Shown here one piece after another: positions 38,263 through 47,831 of a stretch of DNA of 64,000 nt. The stretch is from Vicinamibacterales bacterium (GTDB taxonomy: Bacteria; Acidobacteriota; Vicinamibacteria; Vicinamibacterales; SCN-69-37): assembly GCA_039925145.1 (NCBI GenBank), contig JBDSZL010000071.1:29376-93375 (forward strand). Reading direction: 5' to 3'. Each line of letters begins with the position of its first letter. Positions within the stretch are counted from its first letter, which is position 1. A program made the translations under genes and the position numbers. The notes below the pieces were generated by a model, which had not been told where the DNA came from, searched no databases, and saw nothing but the letters and a program-made list of their open reading frames with translations.

Positions 38263-38898
38263 TCAGTCTGTTGTGGCTTCGAGAAGCCCAGCGAGGCAGC
38301 TCGGACAGACGCTGTGGCTGAACTGCGCGGACGAGTGCGTGCTGATGTAACTTTCCATCTGCTCCCACTCCTGCGCGTCCGAGCGGATGCGCTTGCAGTA
38401 GCTGCAAATGGGCAGCAACCCCTCGAGCGCTGTCACCTTCGCCAGCGCCTCCTGCAGGGCGGCAATCTGCTGGTTCAACTCGCGCTGCAGTGTGACGACA
38501 CGGATCCCGACGTCCACACGTGCTTTGAGCTCTTCGCGGTTGAACGGTTTCGCCAGGTAATCGTCCGCTCCGGCCTCGAGCCCCTGCACCAGGTCCGAGG
38601 TCTCGTTACGAGACGTCAACAGCATCACATGTGTGTGGGCGCAGGCCGGCTCGGCGCGAATCCGGCGGCACAGATCCGGCCCATCGATGTCGGGCATCAT
38701 CCAGTCGAGAATGACGATGGCCGGCTGGTGAGCGAGCAGCAGCGCCCACGCCTCCATCCCGTTGTTCGCTGATAGCACGTCGAAGTCCCACCGCTTGAGC
38801 GCCGCGGCCAGCACGGTCAGCGACACGCGGTCGTCGTCTGCAATCAGAATCTGCGGGCGCCCCGCATGCTGGACGGCGGCCACGGGCAGAGAACCCAT
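38263..38898 (-). CDS. Response regulator: receiver domain + coiled-coil + C-terminal CxxC..CxxC domain
   Basis: The REC motifs are ..ILIADDD.., ..IVILDWMMPDIDG.., ..LLTS.. and ..YLAKPF... The C-terminal region is ..LLPICSYCKRIRSDAQEWEQMESYISTHSSAQFSHSVCPSC... Confidence 0.85.
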   Translation of the reverse strand: MGSLPVAAVQHAGRPQILIADDDRVSLTVLAAALKRWDFDVLSANNGMEAWALLLAHQPAIVILDWMMPDIDGPDLCRRIRAEPACAHTHVMLLTSRNETSDLVQGLEAGADDYLAKPFNREELKARVDVGIRVVTLQRELNQQIAALQEALAKVTALEGLLPICSYCKRIRSDAQEWEQMESYISTHSSAQFSHSVCPSCLAGLLEATTD

Positions 38899-38901
38899 GA
38901 T

Positions 38902-38949
38902 CTGGTTATCGGCCGCGCGGCGTTGAGCATGATGCGCGCGGTAAACCAG
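38902..38949. promoter_or_regulatory. Imperfect inverted repeat in the divergent promoter region between the two response-regulator genes
   Basis: CTGGTT(38902-07)..CCGCGCG(38913-19)..15 nt..CGCGCGG(38935-41)..AACCAG(38944-49). I read this directly; its function is unknown. Confidence 0.3.
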
Positions 38950-39044
38950 TTACAGCCGTCCCCCAGGGATGCCGATATATCCACTGCCACTGCAAGGCTG
39001 CCGAACAGTGCGGAGCTGCCCGGTGGTCGGAGCCCGCTGTAGCC

Positions 39045-40346
39045 ATGGGAACACGCCTGAGAGTTCTCCTCGTCGACGACGAGGCACCGATGCGCGTCCT
39101 CATGCGGAGGTTCCTCGACCTCGACTTCGAGCTCGACGTCATCGAAGCCGACGACGGCACGACAGCGCTGGAAGTATTGCTGAATGAGCCCGTGGACGTC
39201 GTGATGCTCGATCTGCGGATGCGGGTGATGGGTGGCATCGACGCTCTGAAGGCCATCAGGCGAACGCCTCGCTTGGCGTCGCTGCCAGTGGTGTTCGTCA
39301 CAGGGGTCGCCGACGAAGAAGCGGTCTCGATCGCCGTCTCGCTCGGCGTCCAGGCCATCGTGGTCAAACCCTTCACGCGCGAGTCGCTCCGCGATCGCAC
39401 TCAGACCCTGCTCGGTGGCGCCATCAAAACCCCGCCATCGGCGGCAAGCCGCCGGCGATCGACGCAAAAGATGATCGACCTCGCTCCGACGCAGAGCGTG
39501 CTGGTCGTCGACCGCGAGCTCGAATACCGGTCGGTGCTGTCCACGCTGCTCGCCCGCATTGCCAAGGTTGCCGAGGCCCCTAACGAATTTGCCGCGTTGA
39601 CGCTCTGCCTGGAGGGCCCCTGCCCTGATGCCATCGTCTTCGGCCAGCTGTCTGAATTCTCGCCCCTCGACGGCTGCGCACAGAAGGTCCGTGAAATCAC
39701 GACAGGAAAGCCGCTCGCGCTCGTGGCGGCCGCGCCTGCCGAACAGGTCGGGCCACTCCGCGCGAAGGGATTGTTCGACGCAGTGATGGTCCGCCGGTGC
39801 GATGCCGAATTCACGACAGACTCTCTGCTCGATGTGCTCAGCGAGAGGAGTGCCGAGCGCCTGCTGTTGCACACCTCAGCCACCGACATCGTCGAAGCGC
39901 TGGACTGGACGCGTCAGGAGATGACCCGCGTGAGCGGCCTCGCGCTGCGGGAGGCCCCGGCGGGCATGGCTGCGGAGGCGCGCGGCGTCAGGGCTCAGGT
40001 CGAGCTCCACAGTGCGCACGCCACGTATCGGCTGCGGCTGTTCGTGCCGATGCCGCTGGCGCTGGGCATTGCCGCCCGCAACACGAACGTCGAAGCAGAT
40101 GCGCTGTCTGATGTGGAACTGTCCGGGGTGGTCTCGAACCTGCTGGCCGATTCGGCTCGCCATCTGCAGCAACGGCTGGCGGCACGGCCCTGCACGGTCG
40201 AGATCGGCGCGATTCAGGCAGCGGTGGCCGATACCCTCGGCGAGACACTCGGGTCGGCGGCCGAGCAGCGAGGTACGCGCCGCTGGCTCGCGCCCGAGGC
40301 GACATGCCCGGTGGTATTCACTCTCGCCCCAGGCGTCGGGGCGTGA
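39045..40346 (+). CDS. Multi-domain response regulator: canonical REC + degenerate (pseudo)receiver + uncharacterised C-terminal domain
   Basis: REC1 is ..VLLVDDE..VVMLDLRM..VFVTG..VVKPF... The second REC-like region is ..VLVVDRELEYR..DAIVFGQLS.. and lacks the acceptor Asp. The C-terminal ~150 aa have no confident family. Confidence 0.8.
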   Translation: MGTRLRVLLVDDEAPMRVLMRRFLDLDFELDVIEADDGTTALEVLLNEPVDVVMLDLRMRVMGGIDALKAIRRTPRLASLPVVFVTGVADEEAVSIAVSLGVQAIVVKPFTRESLRDRTQTLLGGAIKTPPSAASRRRSTQKMIDLAPTQSVLVVDRELEYRSVLSTLLARIAKVAEAPNEFAALTLCLEGPCPDAIVFGQLSEFSPLDGCAQKVREITTGKPLALVAAAPAEQVGPLRAKGLFDAVMVRRCDAEFTTDSLLDVLSERSAERLLLHTSATDIVEALDWTRQEMTRVSGLALREAPAGMAAEARGVRAQVELHSAHATYRLRLFVPMPLALGIAARNTNVEADALSDVELSGVVSNLLADSARHLQQRLAARPCTVEIGAIQAAVADTLGETLGSAAEQRGTRRWLAPEATCPVVFTLAPGVGA

Positions 40347-40421
40347 GATGACGACACGGCGAGCAGGTGGCCCCCTGCTGAGTTTTCAAGTCGTGCCGAT
40401 GTCCAGTGTAGGAGTGGTGCC

Positions 40422-42119
40422 ATGAGCGGACGGCCGTTCGGTAGCGGAGGCACGAAAGGAACAGGGTTCGTGGCCCAGACTGAGAGTGCGCCCCTCCAGT
40501 CGCTCGAGTTCTATCGAACGCTCGTCGAGGACCTGCCGCACAACATCCTGCACAAGGACGCGGACGGCCGCTACTTGTACGTGAACGCGCGGTTCTGCCA
40601 GACCGTTGGCCGTTCCGCAACCGAGGTGCTCGGCAAGACCGCCTTCGATCTGTACCCGGCCGATCTTGCCGCCAAGTACCGGACCGACGACCTCCGCGTC
40701 ATGGCCTCTGGCGAGCCGTGGTCCTTCTTCGATCCGTATCAGTCGGCCACCGGCAGGACCATCATCCAGGGGATCAAGACGCCACTGCGGAACGCCAGCG
40801 GCGTCATCGTTGGAATTCAGTGCGTGTTCTGGGATGGCACCGACCGCTCTGCGCTCGAGGCGCGCGCGGAAGCGGCAGTCGAGTTGCGCACGCTAGAGCT
40901 TCGCAGCAGTCTCGCTCGCTACAAGATGCTCGTCGAGAGCACGCACGCGGTGCCATGGGAGATGGACGGTCGCACGCTCGCTCTGTCCTACATCTCGCCC
41001 CAGGCTGCGCTCGTGTTCGGCTGGAACCCCGAGACGTTGGTCGGCGCCGGATCGATGCTCGACCTCGTCTACGATGACGACCGCGCCTACGTCCGGGAGG
41101 TGCTCGAGGCGCTGGTTCACGCGCCGCAGAGCCAGAACCTGACGATCGACTATCGCGTCTATGCCGGCGCCCGGCTCGGCTATGTGAGGAGCGTGCTCAA
41201 CGTGCACCGCGACACGGCCGACCAGCCCGGCGTCGTGCGAGGCGTGACGGTGGACATCACCGAGCAGAAGAAACTCGAGGCCGGACTCCACCAGTCGCAG
41301 AAGCTCGAGTCGATCGGCCGGCTGGCGGCGGGCGTCGCCCATGAAATCAACACGCCCGTGCAGTTCGTGAGCGACAGCGTCCATTTCCTGCAGGACGCGA
41401 TGATCGACTTTGCCCGTCTCATCGAGCAGTACCGGGCCGTGACCCACACCGTGCTGCTGGGCCAGCCCTCAACCGAGCTGGCGGCCGCCGTTCTCGCCGC
41501 GGAGCAGACCTCCGACATCGAGTACCTGATGGAGCACGTTCCCAGGGCGATCACGCGGTCGCTCGACGGGCTCGATCGGGTCGCCACAATCGTCCGGTCG
41601 ATGAACGAGTTTGCGCACCCGGACCAGAAGGAGATGACACCAGTCGATCTCAACCAGGCGGTGCGGAGCACGATCGTCATCGCCCGCAATGAGTACAAGT
41701 ACGTCGCAGACGTGGAAATGGACCTCGGCAACCTGCCGCTCGTGACCTGCCACGGCGGCGACGTCAATCAGGCGATTCTCAACATCATCGTAAATGCGGC
41801 GCACGCGATTGGCGACGTGGTGAAGGGCACCCAGGCGCGCGGACGCATCCTCGTCCGATCCCGTCTCGACGGCGACTACGCGGTAGTGGAGATCAGTGAC
41901 ACCGGCGGAGGAATTCCAAAGGCCATCCATGCGCGCCTGTTCGATCCGTTCTTCACCACGAAGGAAGTCGGCCGGGGCACGGGTCAGGGTCTGGCCATCG
42001 CACGCTCCGTCATCGTCGAGAGACACGGCGGTGAACTGACGTTTCGGACCGAGATGGGGCGCGGCACAACGTTCTTTCTCCGTCTGCCGCTGAACCCGGT
42101 GAGCGAGCCGTTCGACTGA
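40422..42119 (+). CDS. Cytoplasmic PAS-PAS sensor histidine kinase
   Basis: There is no TM segment. Two PAS-like regions are followed by the H-box ..GVAHEINTPVQFV.., the N-box ..NIIVNAAHA.. and the G-boxes ..DTGGGIP../..GTGQGLA... GGAG lies 7 nt upstream of the ATG. Confidence 0.88.
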   Translation: MSGRPFGSGGTKGTGFVAQTESAPLQSLEFYRTLVEDLPHNILHKDADGRYLYVNARFCQTVGRSATEVLGKTAFDLYPADLAAKYRTDDLRVMASGEPWSFFDPYQSATGRTIIQGIKTPLRNASGVIVGIQCVFWDGTDRSALEARAEAAVELRTLELRSSLARYKMLVESTHAVPWEMDGRTLALSYISPQAALVFGWNPETLVGAGSMLDLVYDDDRAYVREVLEALVHAPQSQNLTIDYRVYAGARLGYVRSVLNVHRDTADQPGVVRGVTVDITEQKKLEAGLHQSQKLESIGRLAAGVAHEINTPVQFVSDSVHFLQDAMIDFARLIEQYRAVTHTVLLGQPSTELAAAVLAAEQTSDIEYLMEHVPRAITRSLDGLDRVATIVRSMNEFAHPDQKEMTPVDLNQAVRSTIVIARNEYKYVADVEMDLGNLPLVTCHGGDVNQAILNIIVNAAHAIGDVVKGTQARGRILVRSRLDGDYAVVEISDTGGGIPKAIHARLFDPFFTTKEVGRGTGQGLAIARSVIVERHGGELTFRTEMGRGTTFFLRLPLNPVSEPFD

Positions 42120-42178
42120 GGAGGGGTGTGGGCCGGGCGACGGGCGACGCGAGCCGCGCGGACGCGACGTGTGCCGTC

Positions 42179-43381
42179 TTACCGCCGGATGCTTGCGGCT
42201 GACGTGCGCTCACGCCGGCTGGCGCGGCACAGGGCAGATGGCCCGCTCCGGAAACCAGGCTCGGGGTGCCCGAGCAGATAGCCCTGCAGCAGATTGCAGC
42301 CCATCTCGCGGGCGGCCAGCAGGTCGTTCTGCTCCTCAACGCCTTCTGCCACCGTCGTGATGGCCAGCTCGCGGCACACGGCGGCAATCGAGCGGACCAG
42401 CTTGTGCTTGGATGGCGTCCGGTGCATCGCGCGAATCAGCTCGCGATCGAACTTGACGAAGTCGGGCAGGATGGTCGTGAACGCCGTCAAACCGGAGTAG
42501 CCGGATCCCATGTCGTCGATGGCGATGCGGTAGCCGATGGCTCGCAGCGCCTCCACGCGAGGCCGCAGGTCGTCGACCTCCTCGAGCGAGCCGCGTTCGG
42601 TGATCTCGAGCACGATTGCTTTCGCGTGCGGCGCGAGCGGATCGTGGTCCGTGTACAGCTGCGGATCGAGCAGCGATCGCGGATGCAGGTTGACGAACAG
42701 ACAGCTGTCAGCGGGCCGACTGGCGATTCGAGTGGCGATGCTCGCACGAATGGCGCGCTCCACTTCCCACAAACGTCCCTGCGCGTCGGCGCCGTCCAGC
42801 AGGTCATCCGCTGTGGCCTTCATGTCGGCAGGCAGCCGCACGAGCGCTTCGTGCGCAAACAAGCCGCCGCCTTGGCTGGCATAGATCGGCTGCATCGCCA
42901 TGTGCAAGCGCACAAGCGCGTCGTCAATAGACAGATTCAGGTGACGGTGCGGCACGCCTGTCTGGTGCACCGAATGTGCCTCGAGCGCCTGCTCTACAGC
43001 GAGGCCCAGGTCACTCGGCGTGCATGGCTTCAGCAGGTACCTGAAGACGCCCGCTTCGTTGACGGCGCGCGAGATCGTCCGCGGATCCATATTGCCGCTG
43101 AGCACGAGCCGAACGATGCCCGGGTGGCGACGACGAACCTCGCCAAGCAGCTCGGTTCCCGACATGACCGGCATCTGTTCGTCGCTCACGATGACGCTGA
43201 CTGTTTCGCGCGAGAGCACCTCAAGTGCCTCGGTGGGCCCCCCGGCGGTCAGGATGCGAAAGTTTCTGTCGTGCAACGCAACCGAGATGCCATCAAGGAT
43301 GCTGGACTCATCGTCGACGAACAGGGCCGACGGCGCGTCGAGCTTGCTGCGCGAGCTGGTGCCTCTGGTGGCCGGGTGCAT
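42179..43381 (-). CDS. Response regulator with EAL (c-di-GMP phosphodiesterase) output domain
   Basis: This is the tail of listed ORF 42179..44311. The REC motifs are ..LFVDDE..VIVSDEQMP..LKPC... The EAL motifs are ..HEALVRL.., ..NLHP.., ..LEITE.., ..DDMGSGYSG.., ..KFDRE.., ..AEGVEE.. and ..QGYLLG... The ATG at 43381 shares 1 nt with the upstream stop (TGATG); the ATG at 43396 is an alternative. Confidence 0.85.
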   Translation of the reverse strand: MHPATRGTSSRSKLDAPSALFVDDESSILDGISVALHDRNFRILTAGGPTEALEVLSRETVSVIVSDEQMPVMSGTELLGEVRRRHPGIVRLVLSGNMDPRTISRAVNEAGVFRYLLKPCTPSDLGLAVEQALEAHSVHQTGVPHRHLNLSIDDALVRLHMAMQPIYASQGGGLFAHEALVRLPADMKATADDLLDGADAQGRLWEVERAIRASIATRIASRPADSCLFVNLHPRSLLDPQLYTDHDPLAPHAKAIVLEITERGSLEEVDDLRPRVEALRAIGYRIAIDDMGSGYSGLTAFTTILPDFVKFDRELIRAMHRTPSKHKLVRSIAAVCRELAITTVAEGVEEQNDLLAAREMGCNLLQGYLLGHPEPGFRSGPSALCRASRRERTSAASIRR

Positions 43382-44631
43382 CAGGACCTTCTCCATTCCG
43401 ACACGGTGGCTGGCACCGGCCGGGTTGCCGGCGCCTCGGGCGCGGTGGCAAACGCGGTCGCCATCAGGGCCCGTCCCGTGGGCACGAGCGCCGACCAGCC
43501 GCTGCATTCGAGAAACCCGGTATCGAGACCGGCTTCGGCCGAGGGAATCTCGTCGCGCATGTCCAACAGGGCATCCGCGACGTGAACCGCTGCGAGAGCT
43601 TCGCGATCGCCGTCCCCGATGAGCGAGGGGCGATGGTGGTAGGCGACGGCCTCGACGACGGAAAACGGCAGTCCCCAGATGCCCAGCAGATACGCGCCCA
43701 CCTCGGCATGGGACACGCCCAGTTGCTCGCATTCGACCTCGTGCAAAGGTCGCCCTGTGGAGCGGACCTCCCACAGGACGCGGGCGAACTGCTCCCGCAT
43801 GCACACGGCAAGTGCAATCTGTCCGATGTCGTGCAGCAGCCCCGCCGTAAACGCGTCGTCGGCGACGCGCTGATTGCGCACCAGCTGCTTGGCCAGCCGC
43901 GCGGTCATGAGTGAGTGCTGCTGCAACCGCTCGATCGAGAGCCCCAGAGCGGACGAGCGATCGAGCAGGGAGAATATCTGTGACGTGAGCACCAGACCGC
44001 GTATCGTGTCGCTCCCGAGGTACACGGTCGCCTGGAGAATGGACGTGACGCGCCTCGAAAGGCCGAAGTACGCCGAGTTCACCAGTTGGAGCACCTTGGC
44101 GGAAATGGCGGGGTCCTTCTCGACAACGGCGGCAACGGCGGCCAACCCCACGTCCGGATCGGACAACGCCTGGGTCAGCTCTCGATAGATGGTGGCAGAC
44201 GACGGCAGGTTTTCGAGCCTGCCGACGGCTTTCCGGATGGTCTCGTCGTGCAGGAGCCGCTGAAGGCGGCAGGCGCGTTCGATGACGATACGCAGAAGCT
44301 CGCCGTCGCACGGCTTGGTCAGAAGGTGATGAGCGACGGGCAGGGCCTTAAGGAGGGCCTCTCGTTCGGCCTGACCGGAGAGCGCGATGCGGGCGATGTG
44401 CGGGTAGGCTTCCTTCACCGCGGTCAGAAAGGCGGCTCCCTGAAGCCCGGGGAGTCGCATGTCGGTTACGACGACGTCGAACGGGCCCTTCTGCAACTCT
44501 GCCAGCGCCGCCGCCTCGCCCAACGAGAACACCATCTCCCACAGGTGCCGCTGCTTGTGAAGCAGGTCCTGGAAGCCGTCCAGGATGCTGGGCTCTTCAT
44601 TCACGAAGAGAACGCGGTGGGGGGTCTGCAC
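43381..44631 (-). CDS. Response regulator with HDOD output domain
   Basis: The REC motifs are ..VLFVNEE..VVVTDMRLPG..LTKP... The HDOD region is ..LPSSATIYRELTQAL..VVEKDPAISAKVLQLVNSAYFG..LLHDIGQ... Confidence 0.85.
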   Translation of the reverse strand: MQTPHRVLFVNEEPSILDGFQDLLHKQRHLWEMVFSLGEAAALAELQKGPFDVVVTDMRLPGLQGAAFLTAVKEAYPHIARIALSGQAEREALLKALPVAHHLLTKPCDGELLRIVIERACRLQRLLHDETIRKAVGRLENLPSSATIYRELTQALSDPDVGLAAVAAVVEKDPAISAKVLQLVNSAYFGLSRRVTSILQATVYLGSDTIRGLVLTSQIFSLLDRSSALGLSIERLQQHSLMTARLAKQLVRNQRVADDAFTAGLLHDIGQIALAVCMREQFARVLWEVRSTGRPLHEVECEQLGVSHAEVGAYLLGIWGLPFSVVEAVAYHHRPSLIGDGDREALAAVHVADALLDMRDEIPSAEAGLDTGFLECSGWSALVPTGRALMATAFATAPEAPATRPVPATVSEWRRS

Positions 44632-44787
44632 GTGTCGTCAATCGGCCCGCTAGCGAAAATCGTGAGTGGATGTGGGCGCCCGTTGGCGGGAGCTACACAC
44701 ACGGGCGCGCCACTGCACGGAGTTGCACACGGTAGCCCTCCACTGCAGCTGCGATTGGGCCTGCCCGGGAGCGGCTATGATGCCGCG

Positions 44788-45918
44788 ATGCCCGGCAGCC
44801 ACACGCCCGCGCGTCGGCGATTCCTCGTCGCGGTCATTGCCTCTTTCCTGCTGGTTCTCTCAGGCCCGTACATCGGCCAGTTCCGGAGTGCTATACGGAC
44901 TGCCCTGCCGGCCGGGACGTATGTCGTGGTGCTCAACGGCGTCCTGTTGGGCCTCGCCACGCTGATTGGCGTGGCGGCCGTGCGCCGCATTCGGACCCAC
45001 CGATCGCTCCTGCTGGTCGTGGCGGGCCTCATCGTGGCGGCCGCCGGCGCGCGTCTCTATGCGACGGCCGCTCCGAATTCGAGTCAGAGTGCGGTCGAAC
45101 GATTCCACTTCGTGGAGTACGGCGTCATCACCTGGCTGTACTACCGCGGCGTCGCCGAGCAACTTCGATCGAACGGCACCGTCGCAGCCGATCCGTCGCT
45201 GATCCTGCGCCCTGTGTTCTATGCCCTGCTGGTGGGGATCGCCGACGAGTGGTTTCAATGGTTCGTGCCCGAACGCATCGGTGAGTGGCCCGATGTTCTG
45301 CTCAACGGCAACGCCGTCGCCGCCGGGCTGCTCTGCAGTCTTGGCGTGGACACGCCGGCCGGGCTGCAATGGCGCTGGCACCCCGGAACCAAACGCGCGG
45401 TTGCGACAGCGCTCGCGCTGCTGGTGCTGGCCAGCGCCGCATTCCTGCATGCCATTCACCTGGGACACGTCATCGACGATCCACGCATCGGCAAGTTTTC
45501 GTCCCGATACACGGGTCCCGAGCTCCTCGAGCTGAGCCGGGATCGAGTGGTCCGCTGGCAGGCGTCCCCACCGCCCACAGTGGTTCGACGACTATCACGC
45601 GAGGATCAATATCTTGCAGAGGCGGTGTGGCACGTGCAGGCGAGAAACAGCGCGTGGGAATTGGATCCGGCGGTCGCCTGGCGCGAAAACCTCATACTCG
45701 AGCGTTACTTCGACCCTGCACTGGACACGACATCGTACGCGATGCCCGTGAGCCGGTGGGACCGAGCGCAACGTGCAGACGCAGAGCGCCGTGCCGGCGC
45801 GACGCCGGACGTTGCGTTCGAGAGTCACGCCGCACGGCTTCCCCTTTACTACTGGCCGCCGCTGTTGATCTGGGGCATGGCGGCTGGCGTGGCGCTCTAC
45901 CTGCGCACGGCCAGATAG
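44788..45918 (+). CDS. VanZ-like family membrane protein with extended C-terminal region
   Basis: This is the tail of listed ORF 44086..45918, with the start at the ATG at 44788 (MPGSHTPARRRFLVAVIASFLL..). ..ERFHFVEYGVIT.. and ..ADEWFQWFVPERIGEWPDVLLNGNA.. are VanZ-type motifs. Confidence 0.7.
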   Translation: MPGSHTPARRRFLVAVIASFLLVLSGPYIGQFRSAIRTALPAGTYVVVLNGVLLGLATLIGVAAVRRIRTHRSLLLVVAGLIVAAAGARLYATAAPNSSQSAVERFHFVEYGVITWLYYRGVAEQLRSNGTVAADPSLILRPVFYALLVGIADEWFQWFVPERIGEWPDVLLNGNAVAAGLLCSLGVDTPAGLQWRWHPGTKRAVATALALLVLASAAFLHAIHLGHVIDDPRIGKFSSRYTGPELLELSRDRVVRWQASPPPTVVRRLSREDQYLAEAVWHVQARNSAWELDPAVAWRENLILERYFDPALDTTSYAMPVSRWDRAQRADAERRAGATPDVAFESHAARLPLYYWPPLLIWGMAAGVALYLRTAR

Positions 45919-46009
45919 TCAGCTCCTATCGTGCGGCAACATCGTTACGCGCTCCAGTAATTCCACGCGATGGCCAAGCGGATCAGTAATGTGCGGGCGT
46001 CAGCTCCGA

Positions 46010-46276
46010 TCAGGCAAAGCGCTCGCGCGAGCGTTCCTGAGCCTTGCGCGCTTCTTCCTCGCGGTTGCGCGGGGCCGCGGTGGTCGTCAGCGATGCAATC
46101 AATCGGCGGGCCGCATCCGTGACTTCGTCGATCGCGCGGTTGAACGCCACCTCGTTGACGCGCGACGGCCGGGTCGCGCCGCTCAGCTTGCGCACGAACT
46201 GCAACGCGGACGCCCTGATCTCATCATCGGTCGCCGGCGGCGCAAAGTTCGCGAGTGTTTTGATATTTCGACACAT
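46010..46276 (-). CDS. DUF2277-family protein
   Basis: This is the tail of listed ORF 46010..46534, with the start at the ATG at 46276. MCRNIKTLANFAPPATDDEIRASALQFVRKLSG.. is the highly conserved DUF2277 N-terminus. Confidence 0.82.
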   Translation of the reverse strand: MCRNIKTLANFAPPATDDEIRASALQFVRKLSGATRPSRVNEVAFNRAIDEVTDAARRLIASLTTTAAPRNREEEARKAQERSRERFA

Positions 46277-46365
46277 GCTGGTCTGCCCCCTTTCACTACA
46301 GATCGGATCACAACAGACCGGGGGATGGCAACCGCCAGGACCCCGGCGCCCCGCTGCCGCCGTGC

Positions 46366-47562
<1,197 letters not shown>

Positions 47563-47831
47563 CTATGAGGTCCCCATAGCCCTACGGCAATGCGTCTTCT
47601 TCAGGACCCGTCGAGCGTTTCCCAGCGCAGCGGCGGTCCGTGGTTATCGAGTCTACCGCTCCGAGCGGACCGATCCGCCAACCCCGTTGCGGCCAGGATG
47701 TGGCGCTCTCTGAGGTATGCGTAGAATAGCGGCGCACAGTGCATGAAGCTCTGCGCAGCGGCCTCGTGCGCTGCTTTGCGCAAGTGACCGGGCGCGCCAC
47801 CGAGCGCTGGCGACGCACGGCCAGGCCGATA

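Noticed and set aside
42179-44311. 710-aa ORF read as a single large protein
   Set aside because: Its N-terminal ~300 aa are an out-of-frame read-through across the REC-HDOD gene and are Arg-rich junk. The real REC-EAL protein starts at 43381 (or 43396). The same applies to 44086..45918 (real start 44788), 20025..20717 (20393), 46010..46534 (46276), 35057..35962 (35785) and 538..1302 (1146).
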